Below are positions 10,267-18,849 of a stretch of 64,000 nucleotides of DNA, in pieces. The stretch is from Candidatus Obscuribacteraceae bacterium (lineage in GTDB: Bacteria > Cyanobacteriota > Vampirovibrionia > Obscuribacterales > Obscuribacteraceae). The translations under genes and the position numbers were made by a program. Under the pieces are notes generated by a model. That model was not told the DNA's origin. It searched no databases and saw only the letters and a list, made by a program, of their open reading frames with translations. The first letter of the stretch is position 1. Each line of letters opens with the position of its first letter. Location of the stretch: positions 512,001 through 576,000 of the forward strand of contig JBGAHS010000001.1 in the NCBI GenBank assembly GCA_044226015.1, in the 5' to 3' direction.

Positions 10267-11955
10267 TCACCGAATCCTGTAACTGGGACGCCATAACCAC
10301 CACATACGAGTATAGTGAGTGCGTGCACTCAAGAATTGTACCCTGTCCAGCAGATTGCCGCTCTGTCCTGACATCGACTTACTGGTTACAACACCCAGCG
10401 GATTCACCACCGCAGATATGCCGGTGTTTGATGCCACTACCATGTATCTTCCATTCTCTATCGCTCTGCTCACCGCACAGGCAAGCAATTGTTTGGACAA
10501 GATGACATTATGGAACCAGGATAAGTCTGAAACATTTACCAGAAGCGCAGCACCATCATTGACTTCTTGAGCTATCAATTCAGGGTAAACCAATTCAAAC
10601 GATATGCTTGCTCCTACATTTCCCCAGATTGATTTCAGCAAATAAGGAGTCGGCGACGAGAAGAAATTGTTTTTTGACGATGGCAACAGTCCAAATAAAT
10701 TCTCTGGCAGAACCTGCGCTAGAGTCGAGTAAGGTAATGACTCTACAAATGGCAGCAGTCGTGTTTTAACATAGAGGTCGTCGCTCTTGCCTTTTGCATT
10801 TATCAATCGTGCGGCGTTTACCAGACTTGTTTTCAGAAGCTCAAAGGAGCCAACAATGGCTTCCTTCTTTTGATAGCTACAAATTCCGGCAATGCGAGAA
10901 AACAATTTTTTGCCTCCATTATCTTGTAGTCGCATCACAGCTTCTGGGAAAATCAGCATAGCCACACCCAGATTTTCCGAGAGTTTCGTGTATTTCTCAA
11001 GCTTTTCGTCTTTGCTAAAAACTTCCATCTGTGGCGGGCGCACAGGAATGTCACCCTGCAGCACTGCCACCGGTACTGGTGGCGCAAAAACGCGTTTGTC
11101 TGGCGTTTGCACTAAATATGGTGGAAATTGTGTTAGTTTGCGCAGTCTCCACTCACCCCAGCCTGCCGCTGCTCCGACCAGCGCCAGAACTATCATCAAG
11201 TCGAGCATGGCTCCGCCGCGGGGTGATATTGTGCCGACTCGGTCGGGAAGTGGTGGCACCAAGCCGGGAAAAAGTTCAAAAAATAAGACTGCAAGGGCAG
11301 CGTTCACAAAAATGATTAGAATCTCTAATGATTGGCAGCCACCTATGCTGCAAATCTGCATCAGATTCAGGTGACTTGTCTGGGTGTAAGCAAGCTGATT
11401 AACAGGCAATCCCAGGAAGGGCTCGGACGGCGCAACGTTCCATTGCAAGAATATATACACAAGTGGTACTGCGTAAATAAACGGAAAAAACGGTCTCTTG
11501 AAATGTGGAATTAACCCCGAGCGCGTAGGCAGCGCGTAGACCATATATGCAAAGACTGCCATCAAAATAGCCTGATGGGCTGCTTCCAAAAACCATGCCG
11601 CCCAGATAGCTAAGAGTCCCAGCCAGTCGTGTATTTGCATTACTGTCAAAGGATAGAGATCGAGTATCCATCTGTGGCAGACTAGATGATACGCAAATCC
11701 ATAAGCAAATCCGAGCAGTGTTGCTGCAAACCAACTTCCAGAGCTTCGCAAGAGAATGAAAAGTGGAACCAGTCCGACCCAGGCCAGCCACCACACGTCA
11801 AAGCCTGGGCTAGACAAACCAAGTATTGCGCCAAAAATTAGCGCGAACGGAACTTTCTCCCCCGGACCGACGCTGAGAAGCCAGGCGGGACGATTGTTAG
11901 CGTCTCGCTTCTTTCCGGTGCCCTCGCCAAGGGTCTGCATCTGACGTCCCACCAC
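10267..11955 (-). CDS. lnt: Apolipoprotein N-acyltransferase-like protein (catalytic Cys replaced by Ser)
   Basis: Multiple TMs plus nitrilase domain: VAVLQG, FPEA, YVKTRLLPFVE, ISFE, RAIENGR, NTGISAVV. Confidence 0.85.
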   Translation of the reverse strand: MVGRQMQTLGEGTGKKRDANNRPAWLLSVGPGEKVPFALIFGAILGLSSPGFDVWWLAWVGLVPLFILLRSSGSWFAATLLGFAYGFAYHLVCHRWILDLYPLTVMQIHDWLGLLAIWAAWFLEAAHQAILMAVFAYMVYALPTRSGLIPHFKRPFFPFIYAVPLVYIFLQWNVAPSEPFLGLPVNQLAYTQTSHLNLMQICSIGGCQSLEILIIFVNAALAVLFFELFPGLVPPLPDRVGTISPRGGAMLDLMIVLALVGAAAGWGEWRLRKLTQFPPYLVQTPDKRVFAPPVPVAVLQGDIPVRPPQMEVFSKDEKLEKYTKLSENLGVAMLIFPEAVMRLQDNGGKKLFSRIAGICSYQKKEAIVGSFELLKTSLVNAARLINAKGKSDDLYVKTRLLPFVESLPYSTLAQVLPENLFGLLPSSKNNFFSSPTPYLLKSIWGNVGASISFELVYPELIAQEVNDGAALLVNVSDLSWFHNVILSKQLLACAVSRAIENGRYMVVASNTGISAVVNPLGVVTSKSMSGQSGNLLDRVQFLSARTHYTRMWWLWRPSYRIR

Positions 11956-12135
11956 ACTGCGTACGGAACCAAGTTTAACAGAAATGCCCTTTCCATCCCA
12001 ATTCCAATTGCGGTGTTGGAATCTTATTTTGAAAGATGGTAGCTAAGCCTAAGTGAAATTTTACCCGCCCCTCACTTGGCTGCCTTCGAAAGAACTTAGA
12101 TTTGGCGTCCAGGCGGGTGAATCAGGAGTTTTCTT

Positions 12136-12687
12136 ATGAAAACGCTTTTGAGCATTACAGCTCTTGCGACAATCATTTTCGCTTCAGGCACACCGGCATT
12201 CGGTGAGGAATATGCTGACCATGGTTATGAATTGTTGCTCAGAGGAAATTACCAGCAGGCTGTTGTTTATTTGACAGCTGCCGTGAAAATAAATCCGACT
12301 GATCTGGATATTCGCAGGCGTCTCTGCTCAGCATACGTGGGCGCCGGCATGTCTAAAGATGCAATTCAACAGATGAGAGTTATTGGCACTGTTAGCCCGC
12401 TTACAGCTGAAGATATCAGTTTGCAGGCAGATGCGTATTCTCAATTAGGTGACACAAAAACTGCGATTCTAAGATACAAGCAGGCATTGCAAGTTGACCC
12501 GACATATGGTGCAGCTCGAATTGCGCTGGCAAAGATTTTACTTTTTGCTGGTGATTACACTAATGCTCGTGCCGCTTGCAATGACACTCTCCGGACTTCG
12601 AAAGATCCTCTAGTGCGTAAGCAAGCGATGGATATGCTGGGTGCGCTTAAAGATAAAGAGAGAGCTCATATCACAGAGAAAGCTTGA
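12136..12687 (+). CDS. Exported TPR-repeat protein
   Basis: AGGAG RBS, signal peptide (AFG|E), TPR-like helical repeats. Confidence 0.8.
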   Translation: MKTLLSITALATIIFASGTPAFGEEYADHGYELLLRGNYQQAVVYLTAAVKINPTDLDIRRRLCSAYVGAGMSKDAIQQMRVIGTVSPLTAEDISLQADAYSQLGDTKTAILRYKQALQVDPTYGAARIALAKILLFAGDYTNARAACNDTLRTSKDPLVRKQAMDMLGALKDKERAHITEKA

Positions 12688-12710
12688 TAAAGAAAGAGTA
12701 GGGTCGAATT

Positions 12711-13253
12711 ATGTTCATCGTAAAATCCAGGAAAAATTGCAAAGGGTCATTCATAGCGGAGGCTCCTCTTGCCCTGTGGGTGCTGTTTTTCGTGTTTACT
12801 TTTCCTTTTCTCGATTTTGCAACCATCATGTTGCGTTACACCTTTATGGTGTCCGCCGTGCGCGACGGAGTTCATGCTGCTGCTCATGCAAAAACTTTCA
12901 GCAGTAACATTTCCGCTACTAACCTCTCAGCCATTAACGCTGCTTCCCAAGCAGCGAACCTGACTGCGTCTGCATTTAGCGAAATCGCAGTCAGTAATAT
13001 CAGATCGCGAATCCTTCAAACAAACATTACTACTAAAGTGCTCACAATTTATTCTTACAATACAGCATTGGCCTCAGTTGCTGATGATTCCGTGAATTTG
13101 TACGAAATTGAAACCGTAGTCAGCGGCTCTATTAAACCGCTTATTACTATGAACACTGGCTATTTTCCTGGTATTCCGGGATTGACGACGCCTCTTCCCG
13201 TCACGCTGTCGGCACGCGAATACTGTGAGTACCCGCAGGGACTCAATCAATAA
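12711..13253 (+). CDS. TadE-like minor pilin
   Basis: Basic leader RKNCKG|SFIAE (G-1/E+5), hydrophobic helix, AVRDGVHAAA. Confidence 0.8.
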   Translation: MFIVKSRKNCKGSFIAEAPLALWVLFFVFTFPFLDFATIMLRYTFMVSAVRDGVHAAAHAKTFSSNISATNLSAINAASQAANLTASAFSEIAVSNIRSRILQTNITTKVLTIYSYNTALASVADDSVNLYEIETVVSGSIKPLITMNTGYFPGIPGLTTPLPVTLSAREYCEYPQGLNQ

Positions 13254-13285
13254 TTATCTGGCGACTTTGATTCAGGAGTTTTACC

Positions 13286-15064
13286 ATGAGAGCATATAGA
13301 CCCCAAAGGCAGAATGGACAAGCCATGGTCGTTCTCTGCGCGATTATTTCGATTTTGATTTTATTTGTGGTGGGATTGTTTTCCTACGAAGTAAATCGAG
13401 TAGAAGTTTGCCGAACCCAGTTGCGTTCTGCTACTGAAGCGGCAGCGCTGGCGGCTGCAGCGACTCTGGCCAGCCAGGACAATCAAGACCCGGCTGCGGC
13501 TCACAACGAGGCAATTCAGACAGCCATAAGCACTTTCACGCAAAATAGTGTCGCTGGAACTGGACTCGCCAACGCTATTCTTGCCTTTGGTAACAATGAT
13601 TCGCCGACTGCTAACCACTCATCTCTTTTTATTGAATTTCTGGATCCGAACAGGAACAATGTGCCAGTCAACGTTGGCGACCCTGCCGGAAAGATTGTTC
13701 GCATAACTAGCGCTTTTGGCTTGTTGCCATCCTTTGGCAATTTCTTGGGACTGAGCACTGTGCCGCTACGAACTACTGCGATGGGTGGCGTGCCGGACCT
13801 CGATGTTGTTCTCTGTTTCGATTGCTCTGGCTCCATTGATGACCAGACGCCGGTAAGCATGGTTCGGCGGGAGTGGGTTGCCAGCAGTGGTGGCAAGGTT
13901 CAGTATACGGTCGCCAGCACAAGAGCCGGTTCGGCTGCAGGAGCACTTGCGCAAGGAAGAATTTACGACATCATCGGACCTGCACCTACCGGCACTAGAG
14001 TCAATGCGCTCTATCCACAAAATTTAGCTCAAGTTGGTTCAGGCAATCGGTGGAATCTACAATTCAGTCCGGCGCTGAGAAGTCGTGCGCCATCTTCTTC
14101 GGGTACGACAAACAACGAGTCGAATCCTGTACAGGGCTATCCACCTGGTAATCTCAGCAGCACCGTCAGCGGGGTTGATAGATACACAGTAACTGATGTC
14201 GTTGTGAATATAGATGGTAAAAACACTTTTGGTGGGCTCACCACAGGTGATGGCTACGCTTTTCCTGATATCGCAACTTTAGTTGAAGCTTCAAGAGGCA
14301 ACCTGGAAAACGACACGGTTTTCAGAAACAGCAGAGCGAATACTGGTGTGCCAAGCACGATAAGACCAAGAGCTGGATACCAGGCAAAGTATTTTGAGAT
14401 GGCGCGTAATAATTGCCACCCTATTAAGGATGCTCAGGATGCAGCTGCGACTTTCTTCACTGTAATGAATACCAATACCGTTGGACATTTCTCTTTGTCT
14501 TGCTTTTCAGATGATGGTGGCGGCTCAACTGTAAGAGATTGGCGAATTGATAGCTCTTACACAGCCGCTGGTTATGAGAATTTTGAAAAGCCAATGATTC
14601 CGCTCAGTCGAGCCGTGGGTGATACTAAGTATAATACTATTATTGGTGCGTTGCCAGGTACTGAAGCCTTGCATGGAACTAATATTGGAGATACTCTCAA
14701 CGTAGCCGTCACACAGCTAAGTACAAATTCTAGACCTGGTTCGAAAAAGGCCATCGTTTTGTTTACTGATGGTATGCCTACAGTGGGAGGACCTCTAAGC
14801 GGCGACCCGTGGACTAACGCGCGTCTTGCAGCTGACAGGGCCCGAAGAGCTGGAATCCCGATTTACTCTATCGGTCTTGCTCAAAATCCTGAAATAGTTC
14901 CTCAAGAAACACAGATTCTAACTGATGCAAATAGCAGTTTGAACTCTGGTGGTGTAAGTGGTATTGCCGGGCATGGTGGCAAATTCTTCCTCGTTACTGA
15001 TACGAAAGATTTGCGACTCACTTTTGAGAACATCGCCCGTCAGTTAGTGCAACTGGTGCACTAA
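13286..15064 (+). CDS. TadG-like pilus-associated protein with vWA domain
   Basis: RQNG|QAM leader, TM helix, QLRSATEAAALAAA, MIDAS DCSGS ... GTN ... FTDG. Confidence 0.85.
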   Translation: MRAYRPQRQNGQAMVVLCAIISILILFVVGLFSYEVNRVEVCRTQLRSATEAAALAAAATLASQDNQDPAAAHNEAIQTAISTFTQNSVAGTGLANAILAFGNNDSPTANHSSLFIEFLDPNRNNVPVNVGDPAGKIVRITSAFGLLPSFGNFLGLSTVPLRTTAMGGVPDLDVVLCFDCSGSIDDQTPVSMVRREWVASSGGKVQYTVASTRAGSAAGALAQGRIYDIIGPAPTGTRVNALYPQNLAQVGSGNRWNLQFSPALRSRAPSSSGTTNNESNPVQGYPPGNLSSTVSGVDRYTVTDVVVNIDGKNTFGGLTTGDGYAFPDIATLVEASRGNLENDTVFRNSRANTGVPSTIRPRAGYQAKYFEMARNNCHPIKDAQDAAATFFTVMNTNTVGHFSLSCFSDDGGGSTVRDWRIDSSYTAAGYENFEKPMIPLSRAVGDTKYNTIIGALPGTEALHGTNIGDTLNVAVTQLSTNSRPGSKKAIVLFTDGMPTVGGPLSGDPWTNARLAADRARRAGIPIYSIGLAQNPEIVPQETQILTDANSSLNSGGVSGIAGHGGKFFLVTDTKDLRLTFENIARQLVQLVH

Positions 15065-15079
15065 GAAAGGAATGCAGAT

Positions 15080-15562
15080 ATGTTGAATCAATTGAAACGC
15101 AAAGCACTCAGAAGTCGACGAACTCGCGCTCATTCGTTGATAGAAGTAAGCCTGCTGTCTGTCTTGTTTGTCGTTATTGCAATTCTCTGTCTAGATGTAG
15201 GCTACGTCATGATGGGCTCGCAGCTGAATGATAGGGCTTGTCGCGATGCTGCTCGCGCTGCTGCTGAGGCAGACAATTATCTCAGTTCATTGCAGATGGC
15301 ACAGGCTGCGGTAATTCCTCACAAAGGAGATGGATATTGGGTTACTAGTCCCACCGTGGTGACATCGAAATTCATCTATCAGGACTTCAGCGGAAGTCCG
15401 CCCACGAACGTCAGCCCATTTGTGACGGTAACCACAGATTGCGATGTACGACTGCCGGCTCCAATTTTCTTTCTTGGTGCAAGCTTCAAAGCAAATGGCA
15501 TCATGAATTTTTCCAAGACCTATACTTTTCCAATTGTCAAAACGACGCTTTATTTGAACTAA
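15080..15562 (+). CDS. TadE-like minor pilin
   Basis: RRTRA|HSLIE (E+5), hydrophobic helix, ACRDAARAAA. Confidence 0.8.
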   Translation: MLNQLKRKALRSRRTRAHSLIEVSLLSVLFVVIAILCLDVGYVMMGSQLNDRACRDAARAAAEADNYLSSLQMAQAAVIPHKGDGYWVTSPTVVTSKFIYQDFSGSPPTNVSPFVTVTTDCDVRLPAPIFFLGASFKANGIMNFSKTYTFPIVKTTLYLN

Positions 15563-15600
15563 CTGATTGATGCGCGACAGTCTCTTTGCAGGAGGGAAAT

Positions 15601-16068
15601 ATGGCACGATCATATATTACTACTCAGAGTTATCATCCCTGTCCATGCTGTGGATATCGAGTTTTTCAAGTCGGAGGCATCAATGCAACATGTCCGATTT
15701 GTGTCTGGCAAGATAGTGTAGAGCAGTTGCTCGACCCCTATCGGGTCTCTGGGCCAAACTGGATCAGTCTCTATGACGCGCAACTTTCATATTTGCGCTG
15801 TGGAGTCTCGCAAATCGAAAAAGCTGAATTAGCAAGTACTCCTATGTCTTATGATGTTCGCGATAAGAAATGGCGACCGATTCAAAACTCTGATTCGTTC
15901 GGTACTGTTGAGAGGCGTTCTGCCCTGAAGGTAGACGATTATCACGAACTATTTTATTGGTTGGATGAATTTTGGAACAGCAAACATACATATATGCGGC
16001 GATTGCAAGTGTCTGCTTTATTTGAAACCAATAAGGCAAACAATGATTTTGCAATGAGTAGTATTTGA
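15601..16068 (+). CDS. CPCC-family cysteine-rich protein
   Basis: CPCCGY ... CPICVWQD ... GPN.ISL.DAQ; GGAGG RBS before ATG 15601. Confidence 0.78.
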   Translation: MARSYITTQSYHPCPCCGYRVFQVGGINATCPICVWQDSVEQLLDPYRVSGPNWISLYDAQLSYLRCGVSQIEKAELASTPMSYDVRDKKWRPIQNSDSFGTVERRSALKVDDYHELFYWLDEFWNSKHTYMRRLQVSALFETNKANNDFAMSSI

Positions 16069-16223
16069 GAAATGTATTTATAAGACAGTGTGTATCGATC
16101 GCATATCTCGTTTCTGGCTGAATGGATCCTGAAACAGTTGTCACACAATGTTTTGCGGCTTCCTATTCTCATTTGCACCTTACTATGATACATTTGTCTG
16201 GTATCACCAGTGAAGGCGGGGCG

Positions 16224-16841
16224 GTGAAAAAAGGATTTCGCATTATTGGCATTGACCCGGGTACTGCTACCACCGGCTATGGTGTCATCGATCTTCTTTC
16301 CCAAAACAAAATTCATTACATTGGCTCTGGTACGATTCAGACCAGCAAGGACTTGATGATGTCTATGCGATTGAAAACAATTCGCGAGGACATCATTTCT
16401 TTAATTGATTTGTATTCGCCAGACGCCCTGGCAATCGAATCTATCTTCTTTTTCAAGAATGCGAAGACGCTAGTTCCTGTTGCTCAGGCTCGTGGTGTGA
16501 TCATCGAGGCTGCTGCGTCCAGAAATTTAGAACCTGCAGAATATACGCCAATGCAGGTAAAAATGAGCGTCACTGGTTACGGTAAGTCAGAGAAAAGCGA
16601 AATTCAGGCTATTGTTGCGAAGTTACTCAATCACGCAAGCATCATCAAACCAGACGATGCTTGCGACGCTGTAGCTATCGCTATTTGTCACGCAAGAAAT
16701 CGTGTTTCAATGAATCCCCAGGGGGAGTTCAGCGTCGCACCGCCCCCTGCACCGAAAACGATCACGAAATCGGCGAAGTCAATCAAGTCTCCAGCGGCTG
16801 CTAGCTTTGTGCCGCCAATAGCTCCTGTTATACCAGTTTGA
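16224..16841 (+). CDS. ruvC: Holliday junction resolvase RuvC with Pro-rich C-terminal tail
   Basis: IIGIDPG, AIESIFF, QARGV, GYGKSEK, DDACDAVAIA; GTG start at 16224 preferred. Confidence 0.95.
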   Translation: MKKGFRIIGIDPGTATTGYGVIDLLSQNKIHYIGSGTIQTSKDLMMSMRLKTIREDIISLIDLYSPDALAIESIFFFKNAKTLVPVAQARGVIIEAAASRNLEPAEYTPMQVKMSVTGYGKSEKSEIQAIVAKLLNHASIIKPDDACDAVAIAICHARNRVSMNPQGEFSVAPPPAPKTITKSAKSIKSPAAASFVPPIAPVIPV

Positions 16842-16891
16842 TCTGCTGCGGCCTGTTGAAGTGGCAACGCTTCATTAAGATCATGGATTCC

Positions 16892-16937
16892 AAAAAAAAA
16901 ACAAAAAAGGAGCAGAACCCCCGTTCTACTCCTTTTC
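16892..16937 (-). terminator. Intrinsic terminator, strongest on the - strand, possibly bidirectional
   Basis: AAAAGGAGTAGAAC-GGG-GTTCTGCTCCTTTT stem with a G-U pair on the - strand, followed by a long U run. Confidence 0.85.
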
Positions 16938-17064
16938 AGACCTGAGCCAGCCCATGACTCATACGTTTTGAGAGTTCACAAAATCGAATTTCCCAGCCCC
17001 GGAATTTCCGATTTTCGTTTCGCGATTTCTCGCGCCCCCAGCGAACTCTTTAGCGCGTCCGGTG
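16900..17064 (-). ncRNA. Candidate structured small RNA (~165 nt), family unknown
   Basis: Five helices with G-U wobbles that pair only on the - strand, own terminator, TAATAT -10-like box at 17075-17070, no ORF longer than 8 aa seen. Confidence 0.65.
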
Positions 17065-17174
17065 ATTAGATATTAATATCGGGCAGCGCTTATTCTCATG
17101 TGTTTATATTCCGACTTGACCTGTGCATTTATGCACATCAGAACAGGCATTGTTCCCGCCCGTCGCAAGCGCTG

Positions 17175-18092
17175 CTAGCTTTCTATCTTGACCCAAGCTT
17201 TTCCCTCTAGGCCAAAACTAAAAGTCTCTGGATGCAAAATTTCGGCTACTATCTGCAGTGACTCTTTAACTCGAGGTCCTGGTCTATTGAAGAATTGATT
17301 TCCGTCGGCAATAAACGCCCGTTTATTTATTACTGCAGACAACTCGTTCCAGCCCAGGCGATCTTTCAAGTCTTGCAGTTCCTCCAGGCTCTGAGCAATG
17401 CCGAAACCGCATGGTGCAATTATCAAAACATCAGGATTCGCCTCTGTGAGTTTTGCCCAATCCATTACTGCTGAGTGTTTTCCGGCTTCCCCAAAGATGT
17501 CTATGCCACCCCCCATTGTGACCAGTTCTGGCATCCAGTTACCGCTAGCCATTAAGGGGTCTATCCATTCAATTAAGCCTACCCTGGGCTTTTCGGGCAG
17601 GCTGTTTGCTTTTTGTTGTATCTCGGCCATCTCTGACTGAACTTGCTTTATCAGTTTTACAGCATTTTCTTTGACACCGCACGCGGTGGCGACTCTTTCG
17701 ATGTCTGCCCAAATGTCGCTGAGTTGGTTTGGCTCAAGCGAAACTATTTTGGGTTCTGAGCTTATCATTTCGCAGACTGCTGTCTCGACATCTTTCAGGC
17801 TGACAGCACAAACCTCACATTGCGATTGCGTAATGATATGAGAGGGTTGAAGCTTTGATAGAAGGTCAGCGTCTACCCGATAAACGCTTAGCGATTCTTG
17901 CAAAATTCGCCGCACTCGTTCATCAATCATGTAACTTTTCCCGTCCACGTTAAATTTAGGCGACGTGCAAACAGGTAAACTCTTTACTGACTCGGGATAG
18001 TCACATTCGTGTGAGCGCCCGACCATGAATTCTCGTAGCCCGAGAGCACAAAGAATTTCAGTTGAGCTGGCAATTAATGATACGATTCGCAT
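17175..18092 (-). CDS. BtuF/cobalamin-binding-like (class III SBP fold) protein lacking a signal peptide
   Basis: MRIVSL..STE, GRSHECDYP, GNWMPELV, FNRPGPR. Confidence 0.82.
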   Translation of the reverse strand: MRIVSLIASSTEILCALGLREFMVGRSHECDYPESVKSLPVCTSPKFNVDGKSYMIDERVRRILQESLSVYRVDADLLSKLQPSHIITQSQCEVCAVSLKDVETAVCEMISSEPKIVSLEPNQLSDIWADIERVATACGVKENAVKLIKQVQSEMAEIQQKANSLPEKPRVGLIEWIDPLMASGNWMPELVTMGGGIDIFGEAGKHSAVMDWAKLTEANPDVLIIAPCGFGIAQSLEELQDLKDRLGWNELSAVINKRAFIADGNQFFNRPGPRVKESLQIVAEILHPETFSFGLEGKAWVKIES

Positions 18093-18118
18093 GGCTGATT
18101 TTAGACTAAGCTATTCAA

Positions 18119-18751
18119 ATGGAAAGAAAAGCAACATTGGGTACTTCTGCATTTATTCCTCGACCGGGGTGTAAATATATTGCTTTTTTCAAGCCTTTTG
18201 AAGTTCTTACTCAGTTCACCAGAGAGCCGGGTTCTGAAAAACGCACCTTTGCTGAGTTTGACTTTCCCAAGAATGTTTACCCGATTGGTCGGCTTGACTA
18301 TGACAGTGAGGGTTTAATTCTCTTGTCAGACGACAGCAGGTTGAATGGGGCCCTGCTGGATCCAAAACATGCTCATAGTCGCACATATCTTGCCCAGGTT
18401 GAACGAATTCCTTCAACTGAGTTAGTTAGGAAATTGGAAACGGGTGTTTTGATTGAAGGGCGCAAAACAATGCCAGCGCGGGCCGAGTTATTGGATTATG
18501 AGCCGATCCTGCCGGAACGCAGCAAGCCAATTCGCTATAGAAAGAACATTCCAACTGCCTGGATCCGGCTGACTTTACACGAAGGAAAGAATCGGCAGGT
18601 CAGAAAGATGACCGCTGCTATCGGGCATCCCACTCTTCGATTGGTGCGGGTGCAAATTGGCAATCTCTCAATATTTAATCTTGAGATAGAGCCAGGTGCG
18701 TGGCGATATTTGAGCAATGCCGAAGTTCGAAAATGCTTTGAGCGACTCTAA
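18119..18751 (+). CDS. rRNA pseudouridine synthase (RluE/RsuA family)
   Basis: GRLDYDSEGL catalytic motif, EGKNRQVRKMTAAIGHPTLRLVR. Confidence 0.92.
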   Translation: MERKATLGTSAFIPRPGCKYIAFFKPFEVLTQFTREPGSEKRTFAEFDFPKNVYPIGRLDYDSEGLILLSDDSRLNGALLDPKHAHSRTYLAQVERIPSTELVRKLETGVLIEGRKTMPARAELLDYEPILPERSKPIRYRKNIPTAWIRLTLHEGKNRQVRKMTAAIGHPTLRLVRVQIGNLSIFNLEIEPGAWRYLSNAEVRKCFERL

Positions 18752-18849
18752 TTTCCGTAAATCCAATTGCGCGGTTGGAAAAAGGTTCTATAAGCTGCAT
18801 TTATCCCAGGGTCGGGGAATAACTCGTCATATGTTGAAAGAGGAACACT

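Noticed and set aside
16995..17045. Hammerhead ribozyme-like look (CUG...stem-GAAAC) within the candidate sRNA
   Set aside because: The core reads CUGGGGG instead of CUGANGA, and the stem I/III arrangement with a cleavage triplet is not satisfied.
16900..17170. Cobalamin riboswitch next to the BtuF-like gene
   Set aside because: The RNA is downstream of the gene, ends in a terminator with no gene behind it, and lacks a recognisable B12-box.
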